From contig JBDOQK010000030.1 in assembly GCA_040437565.1 (NCBI GenBank), positions 186,001 through 250,000 of the forward strand: 64,000 nucleotides of DNA. The letters are read 5' to 3'. Shown here one piece after another: positions 1-13,175 of the stretch. This DNA comes from Albugo candida. Taxonomy: Eukaryota. The notes under the pieces are model-generated. The model did not search any database. It saw only the letters and a list, made by a program, of their open reading frames with translations, and had not been told where the DNA came from. Both the position numbers and the translations under genes were made by a program. Positions within the stretch are counted from its first letter, which is position 1; each line of letters starts with the position of its first letter.

Positions 1-2300
1 GTAATGCAACCATATTAGCTCACCTGCCAACAGGTTATGTGACCAGCCAAGATTCCAACAGCCAAGACCAGAAAGAATCTGACGATCTAGATAAATCGAA
101 GATAGGCCGCATGATGCTGCTGCCGGAGACACTCGGAAATCGACTGGAAAAGATCGAATCCAAGCGGAGCGTCGGCTCTCCAGTATCACCGCCATCCACG
201 CGAACGGAGATTGTATTTTCTGGACTAAGCAGCCAAAGACAGGATGAGACATTGTAATCCTGGATGAAAAACCGATGCATCATCGTGAGAAAGGGATGAG
301 GAGAAGCTTTGTACATGCCATGCAACATAATGCGCTGAACGGGGTAAACGGAGTCAGATTCTCGGCAGTAGGGTATATGCTCTCCATTCAGCCAATCGAC
401 AGGTAAGAAACATACCATGGACTTGAAGTGCTGTAATTCCGTCAATGGTTGACTCAGTGCTCTCGCATTGAAGAAGTGATCGAACGCATCAATAAATTAC
501 TTTTGTCCCAACATCACCAGAACGCAAGGAAAACATACTTTTTTTACGACAGAAAAACAGACTGGACTTTCTTGGAGCGAGCGTTTCTTTATCCTGTCGG
601 CAATTAGTGAATCACTCGGTAAAGCAGACGATATCGTCCTGAAAAGCTATATAAATTACGCATAGCCTGACTTCAAACAAGCTATGATGGTCCGTCTCAA
701 CACTGAGAAAATACACCAGAAGGCAAGCCGAGGAACTGTGTTGCTTTACCCAGATCATGGATGCAGGTATCATCAGAAATGCACCAAGAGAGTCAAAGAA
801 AGGACTCGAAACCGAATAGGTGCGATCAGAGAATCCAAGTCGAAGAAACTAATGAACTGCTGCAATTGCGGGAAAAGGAGGCAAATGAGAAGAGATTCCG
901 AGCTCCTCCAGCATAGACGACATTTTTTAGGGATTGTATGCAAAATTACTACGCTGGGACAAACGAAGAAAGTATGAATATCTGATAGCAGAACCAGCAA
1001 GCATCTCGTAACGGATGTACACTTGTTACATAATCGCAAGGAATGCAACGAATCATGCATACTTCCAAACGGGAAGAAACGACGATGAGCTGAACATGAT
1101 TGACAAAGGTTATCTCAACCGTCAACGTTTTGCCGAACAATGTTCTCTGAAACGATGTGCAACGTGCGGAAAAGCTTCCTTGGAAAGTTGTCTCGTATAG
1201 AAAGTTGGCGGCAAAGGCTTGCAAATTGACGTATCAAGCAAATGATACAAGAGTTGTATACGTACTTGATGGTGCGATCGTGTTCGAAGTAATATGATCA
1301 AGAACGGTCTCGTTATCGAGATAGAAGATCGAGAACGCGTACGCGTATTCAGTGTTATGGATATACTCGCCTCATTTGAGCCTGTGGACAGATCACAAGT
1401 AGATTAGGAGTCTTCTACATTTCCATCAACGATTTGATCAGCTGAACTACGCTACTATTGAGAGCATAGCAAAGCTTCTAGAATGATTGATGACCAACGG
1501 TGATGAAATACGTTAATTGGGCGGGAAGCAAGCTAACAAAGAGCACAGCGTCTTGGAAGATACCGGTATAAATTGCGAATTGGTAGCATCATATGCAGTG
1601 CTCCAAAGGGTCATACCACGCCTCAAGCCGACGTGAAAATAAATATTTGTTCAATTTTTATCGAATAAAAATCGAACTATTGTCGGGTATTCTTGGCCAA
1701 GATTAAGAATGAAGCAGCTCAAAGTTTCAAGATTTCTTGATTTGCTTCGAGAAGCGATTTGATTGCAAGATTCTTGTACTACGAACTGATGGCAGCGCAG
1801 AGTACATAAATGTCAATCTTTTTTGCAAAAAAAGGGAGGATGAAGACAAATTAGTCAGACTAAAAACCAAGCATCGAATGGAAATTGAACAAATCAATAA
1901 AATAATCATGAACCTGGTGCGGTCTATGATATTGAAATGTCTATAGCATTATATTTGTGGGGAAGTGCTGCTAAATATGCATGTAAGTTCTCAATAGAAG
2001 CACAACCAGAAGCCAGGCGTAAGCAAAAGATCGAGTTCGGTTTTGAGGACTTGCCGCGGCGAAAACGCTCCTTATAAGCCCAACCAGATCGAATCAGGGT
2101 TTTGACTGGAAAGGATACAACCTTTTTTGATGGCGTAACATTAGGTTCACCTTATTTGGTTAAAATTCGAACTGGAAAAGATCTCTCGCAAAGCGAACTG
2201 AACGAGGCACTTTTCTGGAAAATGCGATGTAATCAAGGGGTATAAAGTGTCTTTACCCAAATCAAAGACTGTCATTACTCAACATATCTCAAATAAGGAG
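1..2300 (+). mobile_element. Degenerate Ty1/Copia LTR-retrotransposon gag-pol relic
   Basis: Broken frames carry oomycete Copia gag-like text (SWSERF..AISESLGKADDIVL, ~570-640), a zinc-knuckle remnant NCCNCGKRR (~855-880), an integrase core FEKRFDCKILVLRTDGSAEY...IMNLVRSM (1737-1946) and LWGSAAKYA. Many stops and frameshifts. The first ~480 bp are less certain. Confidence 0.75.
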
Positions 2301-2321
2301 TCAACGCTGGAAGGAACATAT

Positions 2322-3480
2322 GGAAATAGAAATTACAAGGGCCGTCAAAAAAATTAGGAGACAAACGTGTCTCCGTAGATGCAACATTTTTGATTGAAGG
2401 CAAACGGGTTGCTTCAGGTTTCCATTTCATAAACCTTCTCAGTTGTCCTAGAAACCAGTGATAGGAAGCCACCAGACTTTTTCAAATGTTTATTGTTATA
2501 CAAATTCAACTTGTCCAAAATCTTCCTTTCACAAAACCGCAGGTTCTAAACTTCCACAGTCCAATTTACGATCCTCTTCGCATCCACCTGATGCACATAT
2601 TGTTGCAGACTCTTCTCCTCTAATGCGCGGTAGATTTGATTTCGAAGCTACGAGATGCGAGATCCAGCATCCATTAATCGCGTGTCTATTTTGATTTTTT
2701 TCATCGTATGAGCAATCTCACACAGCGCTAACGATTCCGTTGGAATAGCTTCTTCAGAATAATTAATTAAGCCCTCCTCAACCACATCTTTCCATTGTTT
2801 ACAGATTTCGAATTTGATGATTTGTGCACATGTCAAAGCATCAACACACGTCAAGATCGTCATGACAAAAGGGCTTACTTTGACACGCCTCATACGGGGG
2901 CAATGAATTTTAATATACTTGGAACGTTCTTACGAACTCGCACCTATCCCGCGACATCTTCTATTTGCAGACTGGATTAAGGTGCATTTGAGCTGAAGTT
3001 ATCTCCAGATACATTTATCCTATCCGCGTCCCCTTTTTAACGTCAATGTTATCAAGATTTATATTCAGATACAGAGCACTAATTACAACACCCTGAATTA
3101 TTCCCGCACCTCAGGATGGCATATCGTGAAAAGTACGTCTATTCAGTGCACGTTTTAACAAACAGAAGTGACACGTCACGACTACAAGTTTGTACTGAAT
3201 CGATTGCAATGCCCGACATGATCTTGTACCCTTATCGCTCTTACTGTATGAAGAATTGGAAGACGTCCATTCAAAGCTGATACTTTGCTGTTCGTTCAAG
3301 AGGAATCTACTTGTGAGATTACTTTATATTTTCTATGCTACTTTTGTCCTCATTGAAAAATGTAAGGTTTTTACTGTCTATTTCATCGTGCTTCTCGTGT
3401 GTCTTTTTAAGCCCCTGGTGACTTCTAGATTAATACAAACCTTAGCATTGCATTTTTTATGTTTCTGATGACTTTCTGTC
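2322..3480 (-). mobile_element. Probable highly degraded MULE-like DNA transposon fragment
   Basis: Begins with ggaaatagaaattacaa, the same motif seen in the MULE TIRs at 7160-7260. Only short broken ORFs on the minus strand. Boundaries uncertain. Confidence 0.3.
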
Positions 3481-4460
3481 TGGTAAAAAGGAGGTAGAAC
3501 TAAGCCGAGGTTCACTGGAGAGCGTTAGCTGTTGCTACATTTCCTAGAACGGAAGCTCATTGCAATAGGATTGCCGGTTACTTAATTAAGTGAATGGATA
3601 CCGTATCTGAATAGAGCGGTGAATCTGCTATCCAATGCTCATCAGGAGTTTATGCGGACAATGAAGAGGCCTCTGGAAGGCCCTTCCGAACCTTTTCAGC
3701 AATGTCGATTGGAATATGACAGCTTGTATATGAAATGGACTTCAGTTTGATTTTATGGAGAAGGGTAGTCCTCTCTCTGAAAGATGTAGACAATATATGT
3801 CTACTGAGTGCAATTAGATGCATAAAGGCTATCTACGTTACCAAATTTTTAAAAGCGTGCGGATTACGCGAATATATCAGTAAATTACCACCAACCCGTA
3901 AGTTCTAAATTTTGCATTGGATATCCGGCTACATATAGTGGAAGCGGACTAGTTCTGCTCAAGATTACCTCACGAGGCTTTCATATAGGAGTACAATTGT
4001 GCCACAGGATTTCTATCCATTTTGTTGACAACATTAAATGCCCGTTAGCATAGATATTTTCCTTCCAAGACGCACGTAATAGTCGCACATTTTCTTATTC
4101 AGGACAAGTTGATCAGTTGATGTGCAAGGCGTGTTCCAATACTCGTTTATAAATGTCAGAAGTTTTTGTCACCGTGATCAAATTGAGACTGATGTATATT
4201 ATCAAGCCCTTCTAATGATTTTGTATAATCTTAGGAATATGAGCCCAAACCGCTCATACTATTTCTACTTACAAACTACCAAGGTACAATACGCACACAT
4301 ACAAGTCGGATGCAATCTATGACTATCCTAACGGCCTGATGTATTCGTACCATCGACACAACTGTGCTTCTTGTATCTACCGTTATGTGCAAGAAACCCT
4401 CTTGGTGCAAGGTATGCACGTAACATTCATGTCTATACATACATTTTCGCATTTGCCAAA

Positions 4461-7400
4461 GGGAATTGCTGTGGACACACCCTATTTTGCTACAGTGCAC
4501 ACCACCTATAACCTGTAACTTATTTAGGCGTTAGTAAAACCACTACTCTTCACGCATAAATCAGCGCATAACAAAAAAGAGATTTTATATGATGGATAAA
4601 GTCTAGCGCTTCAAATTAAAAGGCTTGTATTTTAAGTTGGATGAGTTTTTGATAATTTATAAGGCTCTAAAAGTTGCCTTGTTTCTTTAGATTTAACTAG
4701 TATTTCCTATGAAAGCGTACGATTTGGCCGCCATCAGTGGGCCAATTAGGTTTTAGGGTTCAGGGTTTAAGTACTAGTGTAATATATTATCTTTATGTTA
4801 TACTTACAGCTTCATACATTAGCTACTAAAGCATTGCTGTCTATGTGAACTGAGTCTGGAACTCTTTGATGTGATCGGTACTTTTTCATAGCATATTCCG
4901 CGGCTTTTCTGGTTAGATCTTCTGAGACACATCCATATAAAGGAAGCAATTTCTAGCATGGCGACCGGATTGTTGCGAGCGAAATTGAGGTAAGTGCTTT
5001 CGGAACTGGCGCGACCATTCATTTCCATATGCAATCGCAATTCTTCCTTGCGTATGGTTTTGCTTCCCCCTAAAGTTTTCTATAAAATTAAATTTGCAGT
5101 GAAATTTGGGGGAAAATATGATGAGATGGCCCGCCGCGGTCATTGCCTCTTCCAACAAACCTTTTGAGATTTAAAGTCTGGCTGGTCTTGAATAACACTG
5201 CGGCCGCAGAAGCTACCTGTGTCACCATATTAATTTCGGCAATCCAGTTGAAGGTTTGTCGTCCAGAGGTTGCGTTACTGCAGGACGATCTTTGTGCCTT
5301 TTCGTTGTCCGGTCAGGGGATAATCTACAAGGAATACCGAGGATTGCGATTTTCTATCTCCAAACATTCCATTCCGCATCACAGATTGCTTTCATCCCGG
5401 TCCAAGATTAATCCGTTGAGATACGAGAGCATCTTCATCAAATGCTGCGTGGCTAGTCGCATTGTCGAAAGCGAAAAGAGCTTTTGAATTGGTAAACTGC
5501 GCATCAAAAATGGGAATTGCAGCATTCCGGACTTGCTTATGCAGGTCTTCCGCAGTACACCAACCATCATATTTCTTGCCGGGATTTGTGATTATGCAGG
5601 CCTCTTCTGGAAGATTGCTGTGATGAAGCTTCTTTTCTTTGCTCAATGCTAGTCGACCCCCTTGAATAAGACAGAGAATGTTAACTCTTGATCAAAGTAA
5701 TGAGCGAAAACTCTAAGATAATAGACTTATCAACATCATTCAGAAATTCGCTGACATGTATCGATCTCTAGCCTCCTTCTTCCGCGTGGCTCGTCGCCAT
5801 CAAGAAGCCATAGCTTCTTCTAGCCGTCATGGACAGCAAATGTGCTTTCATCATGCGTCACTAGGATGATGGCATTTCTGTCAGGCCAAATCTCCGATTC
5901 CATTTCCGGCCCAACAAATTCCGGCATAAATGGCTCATATATTCTCATTCGTTTCAGAAACTGAGTATGATATGCCACGACATCTGCTCGTTCATGGCCA
6001 TCAGCGTACATGCCTTTCTTCACCTCTGAAAAGCGTAGGAAAATTAACTTCATCCCTTGAGTCACAGTGCTGAGGTGTATAGATGCGGTGAGATCAATTT
6101 TTGGAAGTATTTACATGTTGACAAGCTTGGCAAAATCCGTTGGTATTATGCAGAAATTATTGTTTCGAAGGTAAACCTTCACATCTGCAATGACATCTTC
6201 ATCCTCTAATAAGCTGATGGTTTTAACATGCTTTTCCTGCTTTCTCTCGGGAATAAAACCAGCTTCAAGATATAAACGTCCCCAGCCACGAAGCATCTCG
6301 TAAAACAACGCCATTTCCATTCGCCGCCGCAATTATTTGCGAGGCAGCCACTCTCTATTTTGCAATCACGATAGACCGCTGATGAATAAAAGAAAGTTGC
6401 GCTAGAGATTGTTCAAATGAATCAACTATACCTCACTGCCGCAGAGTATTAGCCTGAAGTATCCTGCAACAGAGGCATGACGCAGTCGCATAATTTCCTC
6501 CTGTGATTCATTTTGTTTTCCCAGTTTCACAAGCGCTCTCTGAAGATTGTTGTGAGAATAAAGAGGTCTTTCATCTATCGAGTTCTTGCTTGCAGAGTCT
6601 ATAAGCTGACGCTGTGTTGCATTCGACTTGGAGTATGTCTCTAGCTTTCTTGAACCAATAGCTGTTTTTCCTGCGCTGCTCTTTTGCGCCGCTTCGTTCT
6701 GTCGGAATCTCCAATGTACCTAGAAGGCCGTTTACAAGCAGACTAAATACTCACGATAATGGTGTCCGTTTTCTCTTCCTCGAAATCCTCGAATTCAACT
6801 TCTACATCCGCCTTTATATCGCTCCTATTTTCGATATTTGAACTTGATATATTTCCGGCTTTTTTCGTCTCATAAGCAGCCCGCATAGCTTTGATGTGAC
6901 GTTGCTGTTTTGATGTTCGAGGCATGCTGCTTAGATGAACGGGCTGGCAGAAAAAAATGAATGTGTTCTGTTGTCAAATGAGCAGGATGGTTGGTATCAA
7001 GATTAAATGTGATTGGGGAAAAAGCTGTTGGAATGGTATGGGGGGATTGAATTTACGACAATAATATTCGTTGACGGTTTATGTTTGATGATTTTTCAAG
7101 TTTGGCCGCAAAAATAATAATTACAGGTTATAGATGACTTGCACTTTACGGACACACCCCTAAAAATAGAAATTACAAACATATCCCCTACGTTTGGACC
7201 GTTAATCAAGTAAATTAAGGAGTCTATCTGTCCATAAAAATAGAAATTACAAAACTAGCTCCTACTTTCGTACCACCATGTCCGCTGCTCTCCATTCTAC
7301 TTCTAGCTGGGTGGCAGTAATCCCATAAGAATGACAATGCTCAGATATTTGTAAGTACGAGACATGAGAGTGCCATCAATCCATGGACGCACAAGTAAAT

Positions 7401-8689
7401 TGTTTTTGTTTGTTCTTGACAATAGCATTTTCTTATCATGAAATTACTAAACTCGAATAAGACTTACAAAAATCGTGCTCTTGGAGTTTAACCAGCTAGC
7501 TTCGCGAGAGACTAAAGTTTTCCGTCAGGCGCGTGGACGACCTCCACAAAAGCAGTCTATAAAAGAAAACAAGCGTGATCCATTAGCCTCGAAATACCAT
7601 CAACCTAAACAAGGAAAAACAAATGCCAAGCTTGTGGCAAGCGGGGGCATATTAAANNNNNNNNNNNNNNNNNNNNNNNNNNNNNNNNNNNNNNNNNNNN
7701 NNNNNNNNNNNNNNNNNNNNNNNNNNNNNNNNNNNNNNNNNNNNNNNNNNNNNNNNATACCATCAACCTAAACAAGGAAAAACAAATGCCAAGCTTGTGG
7801 CAAGCGGGGGCATATTAAAAGAACGTGTTGAAAATTGAGACAGTAATGTAGGCCATCAGTTTGGAATGGTATTGTCTGATTCATCTACTTACTTTCTCTT
7901 TCGTTATTCCAAAATACAACAAGCAATCCATCTAATGAAAAATTTGTTGAGGAGAAGACCAGGGACTTGGCGCGGAGATGAGTCATTTCAACCAAAGAGT
8001 TTAGCTGTCAAAGCCGGTAACTGGATCAAGGAGAGTAATTTCAAATTACTGAATAATGTACTGCTGTGTTCTTTTGTAACAAAAGGGACGATGTTTTTGA
8101 AGAGAATGGAGACCTACGAGAAGCTATACATCCACTGATTGACAAAACATGTGGCTAAATGATCAGACAATGATGTCATTTTTGCGTTCCTACACGCCTG
8201 GATCAACTGCACAGAGCAAGTGGATGGTAATTCCTGTGGCATTGTTACATCCTACTACGTTCGTGAAGCTGCACAAGGGAGGGCTATTGGTGGAGGTGCA
8301 CCACCAGCTCATGTGTTTCGAGCCATTAAGCTGCGTAAACTGCAGGCTTTACAGAAAGCTTGCTTAGAATCGGGAAAGAGCGTAAATTAATAGAAGGCAA
8401 TCGTGGATGTATTTTTTTCTTTTCTGAAATGCCTACCCACTAGGCTACTTTTATTTTGCTTGAAAGAAGTAGCTTTTCTTATTATGTTGCTGCCACCAGC
8501 TAGAAGCGGACTTGAGAGCAGCGGACATGGCGGTAAGAAAGTAGAGGGTACGATTGTAATTTCTAATTTCAGGGAGGGATAGACTGCTTACTTTACTTAA
8601 TTGACAGTGCGAAAGTAGGGAGTATGTTTGTAATTTTTATTTTAGGGGTGTGTCCGTAGTCAAAATAGGGTGTGTCCGCAGCACTTTTC
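4461..8689 (+). mobile_element. Non-autonomous MULE (Mutator-like) element with long TIRs, zinc-knuckle and Ulp1 remnants; left TIR split by a nested insertion
   Basis: 4461-4492 plus 7149-7320 form an imperfect inverted repeat of 8483-8689. Flanks ttgccaaa (4453-4460) and ttgctaaa (8690-8697) look like an 8-bp TSD with one mismatch. Interior encodes RGRP..KRDP, KCQACGKRGHIKRTC, WLND and QVDGNSCG. Confidence 0.75.
4493..7146 (-). mobile_element. IS630/Tc1/mariner-superfamily DNA transposon, defective
   Basis: TIRs cagtgcacaccacctataacctgtaa / ttacaggttatagatgacttgcactt, flanked by TA at 4491-4492 and 7147-7148. Frameshifted transposase 6925 to ~4840 with DGHERADVVAY, VTHDEST, FAFDNATSH and PKFHCKFNFIENF motifs. 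Confidence 0.85.
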
Positions 8690-10999
8690 TTGCTAAATAT
8701 GCAATAGTGCTGACTTAACGTACAGTCGTGCAAGATGCGTATCATTTTAGCCTTCATGCACTGTCCATGACAGATAAAAAACAGATGAAGAATTATCGTC
8801 CACATCCCTTACTGTGTAATATTTTGAAGTAAAGCGCGTATCAGAATATCGATAAAAAAAATTGCGATGGAATCAGAGATGCTACAGAGGCCGACATTCT
8901 TGAATCAAACTATTGCAAACAGATCCATAACTTATCAAAAAAAAAAAAAACAAGACTAGATGCATTTCACGAATTAGAAAACATGCAATTTCTGCTTATA
9001 CTCCATGAATTGTAGAGCTGATCTTTTAGATGTTCATATACGTCATCTAGCTTGCGTCTTGTTCAATTTCTCGACCTTATAATAAAAGGATTGATTTGAA
9101 GTGCATGCAGTCAAACTCTGTGACTAATACTGAGACGGATGTTCATCTCAATATGTGGAATCAAATTGATGCATGGTCATGGTCTTTATTTTGATAACCC
9201 GAAAAGCTGCAGAATTTGATAGAAAGGCTAAGTGACTAAAGGTGATTGTTGGTTCTCGTATGAAGGAGTGTCTGGTATCTGAAGGCATGTATGGACTTTT
9301 AGGCTTCCAAGTTGAACTATAGACTTACTTCAATTCGAGAGAAAGAGCTTTTTGTAAGTACAAAAAATACCCATGCATTCTTGGTTCTAAATGAATCATT
9401 TGATATCACAAAAATTGAAAGAGCGAGTAAAAGAATGTCCATTAGAAACGTCTTTTTGACAAGTGTTGCTGGTGCTATAGTGCATCGAAACACCCGCGTA
9501 TCTGCCAGACCTTTTTTCACCATCGCCCACCAAGTATCAAGGTGCCACCAGGTAGGTATGAACAAGGGCTACAATATGGGTAGGGTCGGTTAAGGTATAC
9601 TTGTTTCCTATTGGCTGTTACCGCGAACGCGTATACTGACCGTTGTAGGGCTTACTTCGCTTAAAATCAGAGCTCTTCAACAAGCTCATAGCAGATAGTA
9701 GACATAGATGTAGGGTCTCAATGGGGAACGCTTCATGCTTATAAATCATGCCAAGTAGATGTACTTACACGAACAGTGACATTCAACAGACTTCCTAAGA
9801 GACATGGAAAACAAAAACATGCTCCCGCGTTCTCTGAAAAGCTGACTGTTGACACGCATTACGTGATGCATGGTCGATATAAATATAATGGCTGCTTCTC
9901 CTCGCTACATAAGCCAAATATGGCCAAAATGACGCATAAATCAAAATCCGACAGAGAGCGAATGCAAGAGATGCATTTATCGACATGCTTTACAACTTTT
10001 AATATTCAGTAGCCTGTAAAAAGCATGTTTAGAGCCCGCTTATGGCAGCGGGGTGCCCTTGCGTCAAGGTATTGATTTGCCGACCAGATTTTTATGACAT
10101 CATTCAGTAGACACTTACATAAAAATCAGGCAGTATAACCGTATTCTTTGACATGAATGCCCTTTCGTGTCGTAAGTATCAAGCATCCGAACGCTAACAA
10201 AAAAATTCCATCCCCAGCCTACAACAATCCGTTACTTAAGTAAAATCTTCTACCGCAAGATTGATGGAATGGATGGTACCATTTCGCTAAAGTCCTATAT
10301 AAGCACAATCAGATTAATTTACGTCTGCACGCACCGAGGCTTAAACAAATATTCCTTAAATATTTTTGACAGCTGATAATATTTTTTACGTTACAGTCCT
10401 TCAATACCATAACTGCTATTTCGTCACCCACAACAACATGAAACTATCACTAAATTTGGCCCAAGATATTGTGCATCCCAAATATTGCTCTCCACGTTCA
10501 AATCACACAGTCATCCAAACTTATCGAGTCTTTGTATACTCCTCGAAATAATCGTTTCTGGCTGATTCGGATCCGTCCAAATACTTGTCTACGTCCTCTA
10601 AATTCAATATGGTTAGACTGAAAAATAGAGGGCAAGGTATGGTTCAACTTAGCTAGAATAAGGAATTTTCGATCACGTTGAGCTTCAGACATGAGCGACC
10701 GGTGTAGACCCGAACATTTGCTTCAGAAAGCAATGCCGAATCGCTCGCACAAAAGAGTTGCAATAGCTTTGACATTGTTCCTGATTAGAGGTTAGAGCAT
10801 CACTCATATAATCAATTCTGATAGAGAATCAAATCAAATTTCTCCATGGCGTGGTGTAATGGATGTGTAAAATTTCCGTTGATTTCAACTGCCTATTTCT
10901 ATCAGACGTCAGAAGACGATTAAATTATCTACAAGGCCCACTTTTTCCAACATATAAATATCGTACGATCAACTGGGTCGGAAATATTTATTCACAAAT

Positions 11000-13175
11000 T
11001 CTAAAATAGGTACATAATCTTCTTCTCTACATTGAGTAATCAAGTCTTATCATTCCGTGGAATATTGGATTGGAGGAGACATCGAGCGTCCTAAATAAAT
11101 TGCTTCCTGGTTCAAATAATCAATTCTGGAAAAGGAACCACTGCAACCGACACAAAAATGATTTTAAAGGCTGGCCATAACAATAAGATTTAGCTGCAGT
11201 TGCCCTGGGTCACATCGTGATCTAGCAACTTGACTGGTTGACCACGAACTTTATGTTCGCAGTAAATAACTCTTTCAGCTGAAATTGAAACATCGATCTG
11301 CGTCATCTGATAGTTCACTCATATATGAAGATAAACTATGTCGCATGTCATGTGCTTCATCTCCAACATCTCGGTAAGAGTTGAGCGAGGCGAGAGATGA
11401 TCTGGACTTCGTTTCTCTGAAGAAAACTTGAGTAAACTTAGGGGATGGTTTCAATTGCTACCACATGGATCAAACGACACAATCTATAGACACTGATTGA
11501 GCCCATAAACCGCCCGCAATATTCGTGGCATCCACAGTAGTTTGCTTAGACTCGATGTCATATTGGCACATTTTTCGGTAGCTATTCATATCGACATGGG
11601 ACGACAAAAATTACCCGATGGCCATATACTTTTTACGCACTGATGGAAGCATATCATCTTAATTGTACCTGGCATTCTTTTGACTTGAAACTTTACATTG
11701 ATGAAGATCCGATCCGAAGAAAGGCCGTGACTATCTTGCGTACGAAGTGCAGCTGCTACAGCTCTAAAACGCTGAGTAAAAAAATAGGTCGAATTTCTTG
11801 GGCATTACCTTTGAATTTCTTGTAGCTATCCTGATTCTGATCGTTCAAGTTTTTCACCTTTTTTTAATCGAAGTTGCCCATGTTTGTTGTACCAACAATA
11901 TCGTCGCGATTGTTGGACTTCCAAACCTTACTTTTTGTATTAGATTTGTGCTTGCTTCAAACGTCTGTCACACGATTTATGACATTTATAAACACGCTAG
12001 TCGAGTTGACTATTGTCGAATGCTGGAAGAGTTGATAGTTGGATTGGGTGGTGTGTTACATTCACCTGATAACAGACCTTTCGAGACCAGTTCGAAGTTA
12101 TTATAAAGAGATTGATGGGAACAAAACACTTTTCTCTCAGTTTCCACAGGTGCATGCAAACTGGGAGCATACAACGGTGCATCAATAAGCGACGGAATAC
12201 GCAAACACAATAGAGACTTATAAGATCGTCCAAGGAGCTCGCTTGGCGTGTTTCCCTTGCTTCGACTGACGCATAGACCCGTCTTTCATAGAAGTCCCGG
12301 CGCATGTTCGTATTGATCTAGAAAAGTAAATCCCTCTTCCTGCTGCATCTGAGATAAAGGAATTTTCCGCTTTCTTCGTTTTTTTCTATTTGGAGTAGTC
12401 GAAAGTACCCGAGTAGTGATGCTTCACGCGCATATGCTGCATTGTTCTTCCCGTTTAGCTTTCGATTTAATTTTTTCAGATTCTCAACTACCAATCTGAT
12501 ATCAGCTTTAGTCCACTCAGTACCCTCGTCTTCATCGGATTCNNNNNNNNNNNNNNNNNNNNNNNNNNNNNNNNNNNNNNNNNNNNNNNNNNNNNNNNNN
12601 NNNNNNNNNNNNNNNNNNNNNNNNNNNNNNNNNNNNNNNNNNGTCAACGGTTTGGTGCGTCTCACAGCATCCTTCAGCACCGCCTTCTTGCACCTTTGTG
12701 TGCGTGACGAATTTCCCAGATACCGCAATGGTCTGTTGCTCTCGTTGGTTAGCACTGGAAGGACAGCTCTCTCAATATTCCCAACAATCATGTCATCATC
12801 TTCCAATTCATTTTCGTTCTACATCTGGGATTCAATTTTACTGCTGGCGCTGCTACTTTCAAATTTATGCACGTCATGTGCTTCAATTTTCTGCTTCTTG
12901 TTCTCTGCAGCATGTATTGATGCCATGTACAAGTGTGTCCTTTGTTTTTTTAGACGTGGCATGGTTACTTTAGGGAAATATAAGTGCAAAAAAATACGGA
13001 GGGCGTTATGAACTTCTGAAGTGATATGGCGATTGATTAACCTACCTACGTACACTACTCTTTATTGGCTTAGAACCGGTTATTTGCAAGTTAGAAGTAT
13101 AGGCTGCATGATATTGGAAGTTTGGAATTAGGCCGCACAAATAGGATGGGTGTCGGTTATATGTGTCTTGCACTA
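11000..13175 (-). mobile_element. Second, more decayed Tc1/IS630-like element of the same family
   Basis: N-terminus MPRLKKQRTH..RPLRYLGNSSRTQR resembles MPRTSKQQRH..RPSRYIGDSDRTKR of the first copy. Terminus ggttatatgtgtcttgcacta|ta at 13155-13177 resembles that at 7126-7148. The other end was not found. Confidence 0.65.

Noticed and set aside
3700-4100. Possible LINE reverse-transcriptase remnant (LDA.KA-like and VPQ-like fragments)
   Set aside because: Too degenerate to support by eye.
8700-11000. Short ORFs of 60-90 aa
   Set aside because: No recognisable motifs; probably decayed repeats.
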